Source: an uncultured Myxococcales bacterium (GTDB taxonomy: Bacteria; Myxococcota; Kuafuiibacteriia; Kuafuiibacteriales; Kuafuiibacteriaceae). Taken from it: a stretch of DNA of 64,000 nt. Below the pieces are notes generated by a model. That model saw only the letters and a program-made list of their open reading frames with translations. It had not been told where the DNA came from and made no database searches. Position 1 is the first letter of the stretch, and every line of letters begins with the position of its first letter. Position numbers and translations under genes: made by a program. Positions 1 to 7,948 of the stretch are shown here, piece by piece. Where the stretch lies: assembly GCA_964473255.1 (NCBI GenBank), contig CAYYOT010000003.1, forward strand, positions 50,449 through 114,448. Reading direction: 5' to 3'.

Positions 1-1172
1 TCCGCCGCCGCTCGAAGCCCGCTGGTGGTGATGGGAACGTCTTCGCGGATCAGTCGCCGAACCACGAGGTCCAAATAGGCGCGGTCGTCGGTCTGATCGC
101 GGATGATCTGATCCAGGCGGGCCAGGACGGCGACGGCGCGAGCGGTGACGGCGCCCCGGCTATCCCCCGTGGCCAGACTCGCGACCTTGTTCCCCCGGCG
201 CCGCAGGTCTCGATGGGTGCGGCGTCGTTCTTCGCCGCTCATACCGCCGCTCCGATACAGGACCTCGATGGCGTAGTACTCGGCCAGGCCTTCGACGATC
301 CAGTCTCCCCCCGGTCCCGACTTTGCTCCCATGAAGACGTGGGCCAGCTCGTGAAGGAGCGGGCTCGTGCCGTCGTCGTCGACCAAGGGGCGGTCGCGGT
401 GGACGAAAAGCGACTCCTGGCCGGAGAGCCCCCCCCGCCACATCGGGTCCCCGGCTCCGACGATGACGATCCGCGGAGGGAGCGCTCCCAAGACCGACTC
501 GAAAGCGGGCAGGGTCCAGCGCAGAAACGACCGGACTTCCATCAAGGCGAGGCCCAGGCGCCGGGTCGTGCAAAGGACGACCTCCGTCGTCGAGATCTCG
601 GCGACCTCGGTTTTCAGGCGCCCGGCCATCATCCATCCCGAGGGTCGAAGAAAGAAGCGACGGTCGTCGCGCAGCACGCGTCGGCCGTTGGTCTCCACCG
701 GGTGGCGGCTCACCAGCTTCCATCGCTTGGGGAGGACGAATCGTGCTTCCCCGGTCGAGGTGCTTCCGCCGACGAAGCGTGACGCGGCTGGGGGCACCAG
801 GTCGGAGCCGCGAAACAGCGCCCAGTTCGTGCCCATCCGGGCGTCGTAGCTCACCGCATCTCGGAGGTGATCGAGTCGGCTCGTCCATCGCAGCCGGCCG
901 CCCTGCGCGGGAACGTTCCAGGTTACGTATTCGTCACCTTCGGTCTCGATGACGCCATCCCCACGAAAGCTCGAATGCTGGTCCGGATCGATGTGAAAAC
1001 GCAGGAGCGAGATGCCGGGCCGGTCCTGCTGCACCCGCAGCTCCACCGTCGCCGCCCGCTCCGCGGTCTTCAGACGCACATCGTAGGCGAAGTGAACAGC
1101 CGTCGCCTCGGTGGTTCCGCTGGGACCGACTACCTGCGCGAGCGCCAGCCAAAGCCAAACCGGCGAACTCAT
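1..1172 (-). CDS. Secreted MA-clan (gluzincin, Peptidase_MA_2-like) HExxH metallopeptidase; the 3' end lies beyond the window start
   Basis: I translated the minus strand by hand from the ATG at 1172..1170 to the window edge and found no stops. The frame is missing from the ORF track because it leaves the window. The N-terminus MSSPVWLWLALAQVVGPSGTTEA looks like a signal peptide. The motif LLHELAHVF...DWIVEGLAEYY is an HExxH plus a downstream Glu about 20 residues later, which is the gluzincin signature. The ATG overlaps the stop of the upstream ATP-grasp gene (ATGA). Confidence 0.65.
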   Translation of the reverse strand, partial: MSSPVWLWLALAQVVGPSGTTEATAVHFAYDVRLKTAERAATVELRVQQDRPGISLLRFHIDPDQHSSFRGDGVIETEGDEYVTWNVPAQGGRLRWTSRLDHLRDAVSYDARMGTNWALFRGSDLVPPAASRFVGGSTSTGEARFVLPKRWKLVSRHPVETNGRRVLRDDRRFFLRPSGWMMAGRLKTEVAEISTTEVVLCTTRRLGLALMEVRSFLRWTLPAFESVLGALPPRIVIVGAGDPMWRGGLSGQESLFVHRDRPLVDDDGTSPLLHELAHVFMGAKSGPGGDWIVEGLAEYYAIEVLYRSGGMSGEERRRTHRDLRRRGNKVASLATGDSRGAVTARAVAVLARLDQIIRDQTDDRAYLDLVVRRLIREDVPITTSGLRAAA

Positions 1173-2113
1173 GAGCCCCACGCCCTCGCGAGTTCCCTCG
1201 ATATTTCGAGACGCTCGGCGACCTCGCGTTTGTCATCGCCCAGCCGGTCGACCGACGCGATCCGCGGGAGGAGCCCGGCCTGATTGCACAGCTGGATGGC
1301 CAGCCCCGGGCGCGCGTTCATTTCCAGGACGACCGGACCCAGTTCGGCGTCGATTACGACGTCGACGCCGAGATAGCCCATCTCCGTCCGATCGGACGCG
1401 GCCACCGCGATCTCGACCGTCCGCTCGAACTCCGGGATGCGCCGTCCCGGCAGGCGGGCACCAGTATCGGGATGATCGGTGATGGTACGATTTCGGACGA
1501 TGGCCGAACGCATGCGACCGGCGGCCAGATCGATGCCGACGCCGACCGCGCCTTGATGAAGGTTGGCTCGTCCGGCCGAAGCGCGCGTGGGCAAGCGGAC
1601 CATGCCCATGATCGGGCAGCCTCGGTACACGATGATGCGAACATCGGGTACGCCTTGGTAGACCACGGGGGCGAGGTCGGGGTGCACCCGCAGCCGCTCC
1701 TCGACCATGGCCATGTCGGCTTGTCCACCCAGGGCGTACAGACCCGAGATGATCCCCGAGGCGTGATACTGGACGTCGCTGCGCGACAATCGCCGACCGC
1801 CGCTTCTTTGATACACGGCGCCCTCGTGGCTCAGGATCACCATGATCCCGTTGCCCATCGCCCCGCGCGCCGGTTTCAGGACGAAATCGTCGAGCTCCTC
1901 CAGGCGGGTCATCAGGGCACCGAGCTCGAAATGGTGCTCGGCTTTTGCGAGCAGGCGCGGGACGGGGATGCCGGCGGCCGAGCACATGGCTTTGGTCTGC
2001 AGCTTGTTGTCGACCAGCGGATAGAGCTTTCGTCGATTCCACTTCGAGGTGAAATCGATGTTGCGCCGATTGATCCCGAGGATGCCCCGTTCGTGCAAGC
2101 GAGCAAAGATCAC
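1169..2113 (-). CDS. RimK-like ATP-grasp amidoligase (alpha-L-glutamate ligase-related protein, TIGR02291 type)
   Basis: This is the C-terminal 314 aa of ORF 1169..2527. The segment ERGILGINRRNIDFTSKWNRRKLYPLVDNKLQTKAM...GIPVP...KPARGAMGNGIMV...DVRIIVYRG...GVDVVID matches the conserved N-terminus and ATP-grasp core of the RimK-related family. No ATG lies near that point. A GTG at 2113 overlaps the stop of the upstream 7TM gene (GTGA), and a TTG at 2098 is an alternative start. The N-terminal 138 aa of the ORF are Arg-rich junk. Confidence 0.8.
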   Translation of the reverse strand: MIFARLHERGILGINRRNIDFTSKWNRRKLYPLVDNKLQTKAMCSAAGIPVPRLLAKAEHHFELGALMTRLEELDDFVLKPARGAMGNGIMVILSHEGAVYQRSGGRRLSRSDVQYHASGIISGLYALGGQADMAMVEERLRVHPDLAPVVYQGVPDVRIIVYRGCPIMGMVRLPTRASAGRANLHQGAVGVGIDLAAGRMRSAIVRNRTITDHPDTGARLPGRRIPEFERTVEIAVAASDRTEMGYLGVDVVIDAELGPVVLEMNARPGLAIQLCNQAGLLPRIASVDRLGDDKREVAERLEISRELARAWGS

Positions 2114-3738
2114 GGCTTGGAGCTCTCCGGCGGTGTCGGCTCGAAGTCTTCCATGGGATGGGTCTCCGTCGTTCCGCCGCGGACGGTCAGCATTCGGAAG
2201 CGAATGAGGTCGGTGACCCGAAAGCCCATGTATCCGCCGATGAATACGAGCAAGCCCATGATGACAAGGACGAGCTCGGGAAAGCCGAACATCACGTGCT
2301 CCGCGCGGGTGCTGCGAAAGAGTGGATAGGAGCAGACCGCGACCACGACCGACACGAGAAAGCGACTCAGAGCCTCGGTGAGCCCTTCCTCCGCCGTGAC
2401 GAGGTGGAAGCGTTCGATCATCATCGTCAAAACGACGATGGGAAAGACCACGCCAGCGAAGAAATCGCGTCGTCCCACGCTGTCGCCCAAGAGGGCGAGA
2501 CCCGCGACGCAGATGATGGTCAAACACAGCAGGAAGCTCACGCGGGGAACGACAAGCAGTCGCAGCCCATCCAAGAAGCGACGGGTCGCTACACCGATCA
2601 CGAGCACCGTACCCAGCATCGACAAGCCGAACACCAGCTGCGTCTCGCGGAGGGCCAAACCGAGCAAAATCGGCATGAAGGTTCCGAACGTGCGGACCCC
2701 GATGAAGTTGCGGAAGATCGAAACGATGATGGCTCCCAGCGGAATCAGAAGAAGGAGACGGAGCGCTTTTTGGGCGGGCAGCGGCAGCCGGTACAGCGAC
2801 AGCGACGCGAACACCACATTCTCGGGGATCATCATGTTCGCCAGCTCTTGGGGTCCGAGCCGCTCTTTCAGCGAGTAGAAGCGAACGTCGACTGCATCGA
2901 CGTTGAACGCCTCGACGATGTCGCCGGGCTCGTAGCGGAGGGCCAACAGGTTGTTGGAGCGCTCACCGAACAGGCGTGCCGACGTGGAAACCGGAATCCA
3001 CTCGCCGGCCAGCCAGACTTCGATCCACTGCACGAGATCAGGCTCCTCGTCCTCGACGAGCTCCAGTCCGCTGACCATTCGCGCCGGAATCCCGACGTTG
3101 CGGAGGAGCGTCGTGAGCAGCTTCGTCCTCCCCAGGCGGCTGCCCTCGCGCTCGACCAAGGTGAGAATGGCGTCGGATGGTCCATTGCGGACTTTGGCGA
3201 TCCGATGGTCGACGAAAGCAAAGACGGTTCGGACTCGTCCCGATGGGTCGTCGGTCGGAGGCAGAGCCAGCCCCTCCACGACGGTTTGCACGCGGGGTGA
3301 CTCGGCGGGAAACTCGGCGGTCGAGGCGAGGTAGCGTTCGGCCACGTCGGGCGGCACCGGGTTCGGCGTGGGCGCAACCGGGAGCTCGTAGGTCGCGCCG
3401 CTCAGGCGGGCCCGGAACGAGTAGATGACGCGGTGAATGCCGTCCAGTTCCCCGGACCACACCCCGAGGCGACCGGGCCCCTCGTTGTCGATGGATAGGT
3501 TGAGACCGTCCGACGACGTCGTTTCGTCGAATACGACTTGGTGGAGGTCGTTGCTGGGGAGCGCCGCCTGGACCGCGCCGGCGCCCGCACCGCGGGCGTT
3601 GATCTGAACCTCCACCTGCCACACGCCCTCGGGGTTGGAGGGGACCAACGGCAGGTTGAGTCCGAAGTACTTGTACGCAAAAAGCCCCCCTCCGACGAGA
3701 ACCAGCGCGCTGCCGACGATGAGCACGGGCCGATTCAT
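2110..3738 (-). CDS. Inactive transglutaminase-like domain fused to 7 transmembrane helices (Transglut_i_TM / 7TM_transglut architecture)
   Basis: ORF 2110..4017, trimmed to Met94 (MNRPVLIVGSALVLVGGGLFAY, a TM anchor). A large extracytoplasmic N-domain is followed by about seven hydrophobic helices in the C-terminal third (LLLLIPLGAIIVSIF, ILLGLALRETQLVFGLSMLGTVLVIGV, FLLCLTIICVAGLALL, FFAGVVFPIVVLTMMI, LVSVVVAVCSYPLF, LVLVIMGLLVFIGGYMGF). This gene class is the known partner of TIGR02291-type ATP-grasp ligases. Its ATG overlaps the stop of the upstream AstE/AspA gene. Confidence 0.7.
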   Translation of the reverse strand: MNRPVLIVGSALVLVGGGLFAYKYFGLNLPLVPSNPEGVWQVEVQINARGAGAGAVQAALPSNDLHQVVFDETTSSDGLNLSIDNEGPGRLGVWSGELDGIHRVIYSFRARLSGATYELPVAPTPNPVPPDVAERYLASTAEFPAESPRVQTVVEGLALPPTDDPSGRVRTVFAFVDHRIAKVRNGPSDAILTLVEREGSRLGRTKLLTTLLRNVGIPARMVSGLELVEDEEPDLVQWIEVWLAGEWIPVSTSARLFGERSNNLLALRYEPGDIVEAFNVDAVDVRFYSLKERLGPQELANMMIPENVVFASLSLYRLPLPAQKALRLLLLIPLGAIIVSIFRNFIGVRTFGTFMPILLGLALRETQLVFGLSMLGTVLVIGVATRRFLDGLRLLVVPRVSFLLCLTIICVAGLALLGDSVGRRDFFAGVVFPIVVLTMMIERFHLVTAEEGLTEALSRFLVSVVVAVCSYPLFRSTRAEHVMFGFPELVLVIMGLLVFIGGYMGFRVTDLIRFRMLTVRGGTTETHPMEDFEPTPPESSKP

Positions 3739-4880
3739 CAGAGCTCTTCGCCTTCCGAGTGTTCGGCTGCCGGGTCGTCGGTTTCGTCGACCGGAATGCT
3801 CTCCGTGGGATCGAAGCCGACGTGATACGCGGGAAAGCCGGGCAGGACGAGCTGTGGTTCGGACAGGCCGATGACCAGACCGCTGCGGGTCGCGACGATT
3901 TCGTAGCTCGTTTCGTCGAACGGTGACTGGACGACGCCGAGGATCTGGCCTTTCTCCACCGAATCGCCGAGCTGCACGCGGTTGGTCAAAATACCGCCGC
4001 GGTCCACTCGGATCCATCGCGACTGCAGGATGACCTCCGGGAGTTCGTCTGGATACGGCGGCAGCGTGAAGCGTCCCGACCTATCGGCCAGCGACGTCGT
4101 GACGTCGTGAACGACCCCTTCGATCACATCGAGCTGAAAGCGCATGGCCTCGCCGGCCTCGTAGGTTACGGCCGCCAGGCCGATCTCGTTCAAGGCTCGG
4201 CGCAGCATTCCGTCGCTTCCGTTCGAATGAACGATCATGGGGGGTGTCATGCGAAACGCGAGCTCCAGCGATGGGAGGTGCTCCGTATCGACCCGCACTT
4301 GCGGGAAGTTCGACCGGCGCGCCGAACCGGTGTGGAAGTCGATCGCTTGGTCGCACCACTGCTCGAGGAACGTGAAAACGCGGTACGCGACCCGAGATGC
4401 CGCGCTGCCCTTTCGTCGCCCGGGAAAATGCCGATTGAGGTCGCGGCGGTCGGGTAGGTCCCTCTCGCCCCGCCGAAACCCGTGGAGATTGACGACCGGA
4501 AGCCCGACGACCATCCCGCTGAGGCGGTCCGGGTCGAGTCGAGCCAAGACCCGGCGGACGGTCTCGATCCCGTTCAGCTCGTCCCCGTGCGTGCCGCCGG
4601 TCAGGCACACCGTGGGACCGGGCTGGTGTCCGCGCACCATCAAGACGGGAATCGCCAGGCGCTGACCCGAATAGGAGGCGCTCGTCACCAGCTCGGCGGC
4701 ACCTCGGGTGCCCGTAGAGAGCTTGGTGCCCTGGATCTTCACCGGGCCCCAGGGCGGTAACAGGGGTTTTTGCGGGCCTCCGGCCGGAGGCTCGGCGACC
4801 GCGCTCTTCTCGGGTCCAGCGGCCGCCAGCGCAACGCCGCCGGACATGAGGACAATCAGGGGGATCACTACGCTCCGCAT
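3738..4880 (-). CDS. Succinylglutamate desuccinylase / aspartoacylase (AstE/AspA) family zinc deacylase with an N-terminal signal peptide
   Basis: The motifs LTGGTHGDELNG ... HFPG ... DFHTG give the Zn-binding His/Glu pattern of the AstE/AspA (M14-like) family. The N-terminus MRSVVIPLIVLMSGGVALAAAGPE is signal-like. This is the first gene of a four-gene minus-strand cassette. Confidence 0.75.
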   Translation of the reverse strand: MRSVVIPLIVLMSGGVALAAAGPEKSAVAEPPAGGPQKPLLPPWGPVKIQGTKLSTGTRGAAELVTSASYSGQRLAIPVLMVRGHQPGPTVCLTGGTHGDELNGIETVRRVLARLDPDRLSGMVVGLPVVNLHGFRRGERDLPDRRDLNRHFPGRRKGSAASRVAYRVFTFLEQWCDQAIDFHTGSARRSNFPQVRVDTEHLPSLELAFRMTPPMIVHSNGSDGMLRRALNEIGLAAVTYEAGEAMRFQLDVIEGVVHDVTTSLADRSGRFTLPPYPDELPEVILQSRWIRVDRGGILTNRVQLGDSVEKGQILGVVQSPFDETSYEIVATRSGLVIGLSEPQLVLPGFPAYHVGFDPTESIPVDETDDPAAEHSEGEEL

Positions 4881-4995
4881 GCGGTCGAGGTCGGTCCAGG
4901 CACCGTCCAGCGGCCCCGAGTGTGCCCCAGGTCCGAGCCCGATCCGAGTCTCATCTTGCGATCGATAGCCGCGGCGGGTGTTCGGGTAACCTCGC

Positions 4996-5024
4996 TTGGA
5001 TACGACGGAATTCGATGCTATATC
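4996..5024 (+). promoter_or_regulatory. Candidate sigma70-like promoter for the dksA-like gene (TTGGAT, 17 nt spacer, TATATC); coordinates approximate
   Basis: A 4/6 match to TTGACA and a 4/6 match to TATAAT lie 17 nt apart, about 25 nt upstream of the ATG at 5049. They sit in the 170-bp divergent intergenic region between the AstE-like cassette and dksA-like. Confidence 0.25.
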
Positions 5025-5048
5025 CCCCGTCCCTCGCGGGAACCGCCG

Positions 5049-5450
5049 ATGACTACCCGAACGCGTCGTTCTGAAAAGGAAAAACCGCTCACCAAGAAGG
5101 AGCTCGAGTACTTCAAGAACAAACTCCTCGGCCTCCAGGAAGAAGTTCGCTCGCGGGTTCGCGACCGGGCGAGCACCGCCCGTATCGATGAGAACGACCT
5201 GATCGAGGAGATGGACCAGGCCAATCGCGCGACCGAGGAAGCTTTCAACATGCGGCTGCTCGACAAGGAAGTGAAGCTCCTCCGCGAGATCGAGGGCGCC
5301 CTCGCGAAGTTCGACGAGGGCACGTACGGGATCTGTGAGGGCACCGAGGAGCCGATCGAACGTCGCCGCCTGGAAGCCCGACCCTGGACTCGGTACTCGG
5401 TCGCTTACAAAGAGCAGCTCGAACGCGAGAAGAAGGGCCGCGCCCGCTAG
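5049..5450 (+). CDS. dksA: DksA/TraR-family transcription factor with an incomplete C4 zinc finger
   Basis: ORF 4770..5450 trimmed to Met94 (MTTRTRRSEKEKPL). A coiled-coil region (LLGLQEEVRSRVRD...) is followed by the DksA C-terminal motif YGICEGTEEPIERRRLEARPWTRYSVAYKEQ. Only one Cys is retained where DksA normally has CxxC...CxxC. Confidence 0.7.
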   Translation: MTTRTRRSEKEKPLTKKELEYFKNKLLGLQEEVRSRVRDRASTARIDENDLIEEMDQANRATEEAFNMRLLDKEVKLLREIEGALAKFDEGTYGICEGTEEPIERRRLEARPWTRYSVAYKEQLEREKKGRAR

Positions 5451-6727
5451 CCCGGTCCTGCGATGCCTCGAGGCACGGTCGGCCGCAGCGGATCCTCCGG
5501 TCCTCGGCGAGGAAGCCTCATGCGGATGACGAGTCCGTGGGGCGATGCCAGTCGGGCTTCGACCTTGCCTTCGTGGAGCTCGGCAATCTGTCGGGCGATC
5601 ATGAGGCCCAGGCCCCAGCCGGTCGCCTGCCTCCGATTGCGGCCACGGAAGAACGGTTCGAAGAGTTGGTCCAGCTCGCCGGGTTCCACCCCCGGCCCTC
5701 GATCCTCGACCTCCAGTCCGTCGGCCAGATGCCGAACCGTCGCCTGCGAGTCCGCCGGGGCGTACTTCTCGGCGTTCTGAACCAGATTCTTGAGCAAGCG
5801 CTTCAGCTGGGTGCGGTCACCCTGCACCGTGGTCGGCGCTCCCTCGACGTTCCACGTCAGGCGTCCACTGGATGTCTCGGCCAAGACTTCTTCCACCAGT
5901 TCCCCGAGGGGCACGGGGCGCAGGTCCACCGAGCGCTTTGAGAAGGACAGCCGAGAAAGGGTGAACAGCTCGTCGATCAGTCGGTCCAGCTCCTGAAGGT
6001 CGGCCTCCATGGCCGGTAGGCGTCCTGGTACCTCGGCTCGTTCTCGCATGAGCTCGAACTCCAAGCGCAGCCGGGCGAGCGGCGTTCGCAGCTCGTGGCT
6101 CATCCCCGCCATCAGCGTGCGCTCCGCGTCGAGCATGGCCTGCATGCGGTCCGCCATGCGATTGAATGCTCGGTGCGCTTCCCGCTGCTCGGGACTGCCC
6201 TCCGGCTCGAGACGGTGGCGAAGGTCGCCCTGCGCCATGCGCTCCATGCCGGTCAGGGTGGCCTTCAGGGGTCGGGTCAACCGGCCGGACAGCCACCAGG
6301 CGAAGGCGCCCAGCAGAGCGGCCAGTACGACCAGAGCCACGCCCAGCCGGCGCCCGACCGCACGGGCATCGAACCCGCGTCGGACCAGGAGCCACCCTCG
6401 GGAGAGCTCGGCCGCGGCCACGCCTTCGCCCCCCCGACACATCAAGAGCCGACGCCCATCCACGACGGTTGGGCGGCAGCGTTTGTGAAGTCGGGGCGGT
6501 GGCCGGCGACGAAGGTCGAGGCGCAGCCCGAGGCGACGGGACAGCTCGCGGGGATCGCGACCCTGCTCGATCTCGTTGGCCACGAACGCGACCTGCTGTT
6601 CGTAGGCCGTGACGAGATGACGAAGGACCGGACCGTGCAGGGTTCGCGCGACGATCGACCACGCCAAGAGCAACGCCAGGAGCACCACGCCGAACAGGAG
6701 CAGGGCGAGTCGCAGGCGCAGACTCAC
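5447..6727 (-). CDS. Sensor histidine kinase (TM, HAMP, HisKA, HATPase_c)
   Basis: The N-terminus is a TM helix, MSLRLRLALLLFGVVLLALLLAW. The H-box is AGMSHELRTPLARLRLEFELM. The C-terminus carries the G-boxes DRGPGVEPGELDQLFEPFFRG ... GWGLGLMIARQIAELHEG. The start overlaps the stop of the response-regulator gene. Confidence 0.85.
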   Translation of the reverse strand: MSLRLRLALLLFGVVLLALLLAWSIVARTLHGPVLRHLVTAYEQQVAFVANEIEQGRDPRELSRRLGLRLDLRRRPPPRLHKRCRPTVVDGRRLLMCRGGEGVAAAELSRGWLLVRRGFDARAVGRRLGVALVVLAALLGAFAWWLSGRLTRPLKATLTGMERMAQGDLRHRLEPEGSPEQREAHRAFNRMADRMQAMLDAERTLMAGMSHELRTPLARLRLEFELMRERAEVPGRLPAMEADLQELDRLIDELFTLSRLSFSKRSVDLRPVPLGELVEEVLAETSSGRLTWNVEGAPTTVQGDRTQLKRLLKNLVQNAEKYAPADSQATVRHLADGLEVEDRGPGVEPGELDQLFEPFFRGRNRRQATGWGLGLMIARQIAELHEGKVEARLASPHGLVIRMRLPRRGPEDPLRPTVPRGIAGPG

Positions 6728-7434
6728 CCGGCGGGCTCCCGGGGCACGAAGTAGCCAACGCCTCGCACCGTCTTCACCAGGCGTGGCCGCCGGGGGTCGT
6801 CGCCGATCTTGCGCCGGATGTGGCTCACGTGGACGTCGATCGAGCGGTCGAACGCCGCGAACTCGGCGCCTCGCGCCTCCTCCATGAGCCGCTCGCGGGG
6901 CACGACGCGGCCGGCGGCGGCTACGAGGGTCCGGAGAATGTCGAACTCGGTCGACGTCAGCTCGACCTCCACGCCGTCGAGATAGACGCCGCGCCGGGAG
7001 GGATCGACCCGCAAGCGCCCGGCCACGAGGCCGTCCTCCGCGTTCGAAGACGTGGCGCGCCGCAGCACGGCCTCGATGCGAGCGAGGAGTTCTCGGGGAT
7101 TGAAGGGCTTGGGAAGATAGTCGTCGGCCCCGACCTCGAGACCGACGATCCGGTCCGTGTCCTCGCCTCGCGCGGTGAGCATGACGATCGGGAGTCGCGA
7201 CGTGGCGCGGATGCGCCGGCAGACCTCGAGACCGTCGGCGCCGGGGAGCATCAGGTCCAAAACGACGAGGTCGAACGTCTCCTGCTGGAGACGTTCGAGC
7301 GCCGCCTCTCCCGACTCGACGGAGGCGACGGCGAAGCCGCGACCGCCGAGATACTCGGCCAGGAGTTCCCGGAGGCGCTCGTCGTCATCGACCACGAGCA
7401 GTCTCCGGGATGGCGAGGGGTCGGCCACGCTCAC
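6724..7434 (-). CDS. OmpR-family response regulator (receiver plus winged-helix)
   Basis: The receiver domain is LLVVDDDERLRELLAEYL...DLVVLDLMLPGADGLEVCRRIR...PIVMLTARGEDTDRIVGLEVGADDYLPKPF. The C-terminal trans_reg_C segment is LTSTEFDILRTLVAAAGRVVPRERL...VDVHVSHIRRKIGDD...VKTVRGVGY. Confidence 0.9.
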   Translation of the reverse strand: MSVADPSPSRRLLVVDDDERLRELLAEYLGGRGFAVASVESGEAALERLQQETFDLVVLDLMLPGADGLEVCRRIRATSRLPIVMLTARGEDTDRIVGLEVGADDYLPKPFNPRELLARIEAVLRRATSSNAEDGLVAGRLRVDPSRRGVYLDGVEVELTSTEFDILRTLVAAAGRVVPRERLMEEARGAEFAAFDRSIDVHVSHIRRKIGDDPRRPRLVKTVRGVGYFVPREPAG

Positions 7435-7883
7435 TCGGCCCAGCGCTGGCGCCGTCGCGACTCCGCTTGGTCCATCTTCTCGATCAGCGTCGCTCGCTGC
7501 TCATCGGTCAAGGTCGCGTGCAGCTGCAGCAGTCGGTCGATCATGGCGTGTCCCATCTTGGTCCTCGACTCTGCGATCTCATCCATGATCGCGTGGAGTC
7601 GGTCCTGATCGGGGTCGGGCTGGGACAGCTGAAGCTTGATCTCCTGCAACAGCCCCCGGTTCGACTCGTGCTGGGCCTTCATTTCGTCCCGAGCCTGCCG
7701 TCGCAGTCGGACCGCGAGCACCTCTTGGTCTTCGGTCAGGTCGAGGCTCGCGATGAGGCGCTGAAGCGCCATCCCCGGCCCTCCACCTCCATGCGGACCA
7801 CGTGCGTGGGCGACCAGGCCCAGCGCGACCAAAGCGGCGGCCAAGCCACCGGCGAGCGTTCCTCGGATGAGCAATGTTTTCAT
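7431..7883 (-). CDS. CpxP/Spy-like periplasmic LTxxQ-motif protein
   Basis: ORF 7431..7925 trimmed to Met15, MKTLLIRGTLAGGLAAALVALGLVAHA, which is a signal peptide. The RBS aaaggag lies 7 nt upstream. Two LTxxQ-type motifs are present (LDLTEDQ and ATLTDEQ). The gene lies directly upstream of, and co-oriented with, the regulator/kinase pair, as cpxP does with cpxRA. Confidence 0.7.
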   Translation of the reverse strand: MKTLLIRGTLAGGLAAALVALGLVAHARGPHGGGGPGMALQRLIASLDLTEDQEVLAVRLRRQARDEMKAQHESNRGLLQEIKLQLSQPDPDQDRLHAIMDEIAESRTKMGHAMIDRLLQLHATLTDEQRATLIEKMDQAESRRRQRWAE

Positions 7884-7899
7884 TATAGACTCCTTTCGA

Positions 7900-7917
7900 G
7901 ACGATGTTTGCTTCGTC
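7900..7917. promoter_or_regulatory. Inverted repeat GACGA-N8-TCGTC in the leader/promoter region of the cpxP-like operon; coordinates approximate
   Basis: The repeat has 5-bp perfect arms. It sits 17-35 nt upstream of the cpxP-like ATG. It is a candidate operator for the downstream OmpR-type regulator. Confidence 0.2.
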
Positions 7918-7948
7918 ATGCACACAGCCTAAGCCCGGACGCCGTATC

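Noticed and set aside
160-888. Long minus-strand ORF (242 aa) plus overlapping plus-strand ORFs 213..782 and 367..849
   Set aside because: All are Arg/Pro/Gly-rich and low-complexity. They lie in alternative frames of the real minus-strand MA-peptidase gene, which has a signal peptide and an HExxH motif.
1233-2042. 269-aa minus-strand ORF and 285-aa plus-strand ORF 1472..2329 overlapping the ATP-grasp gene
   Set aside because: Both have Arg/Gly/Pro homopolymer-like composition typical of off-frame translation of high-GC coding DNA. The ATP-grasp frame is supported by family motifs.
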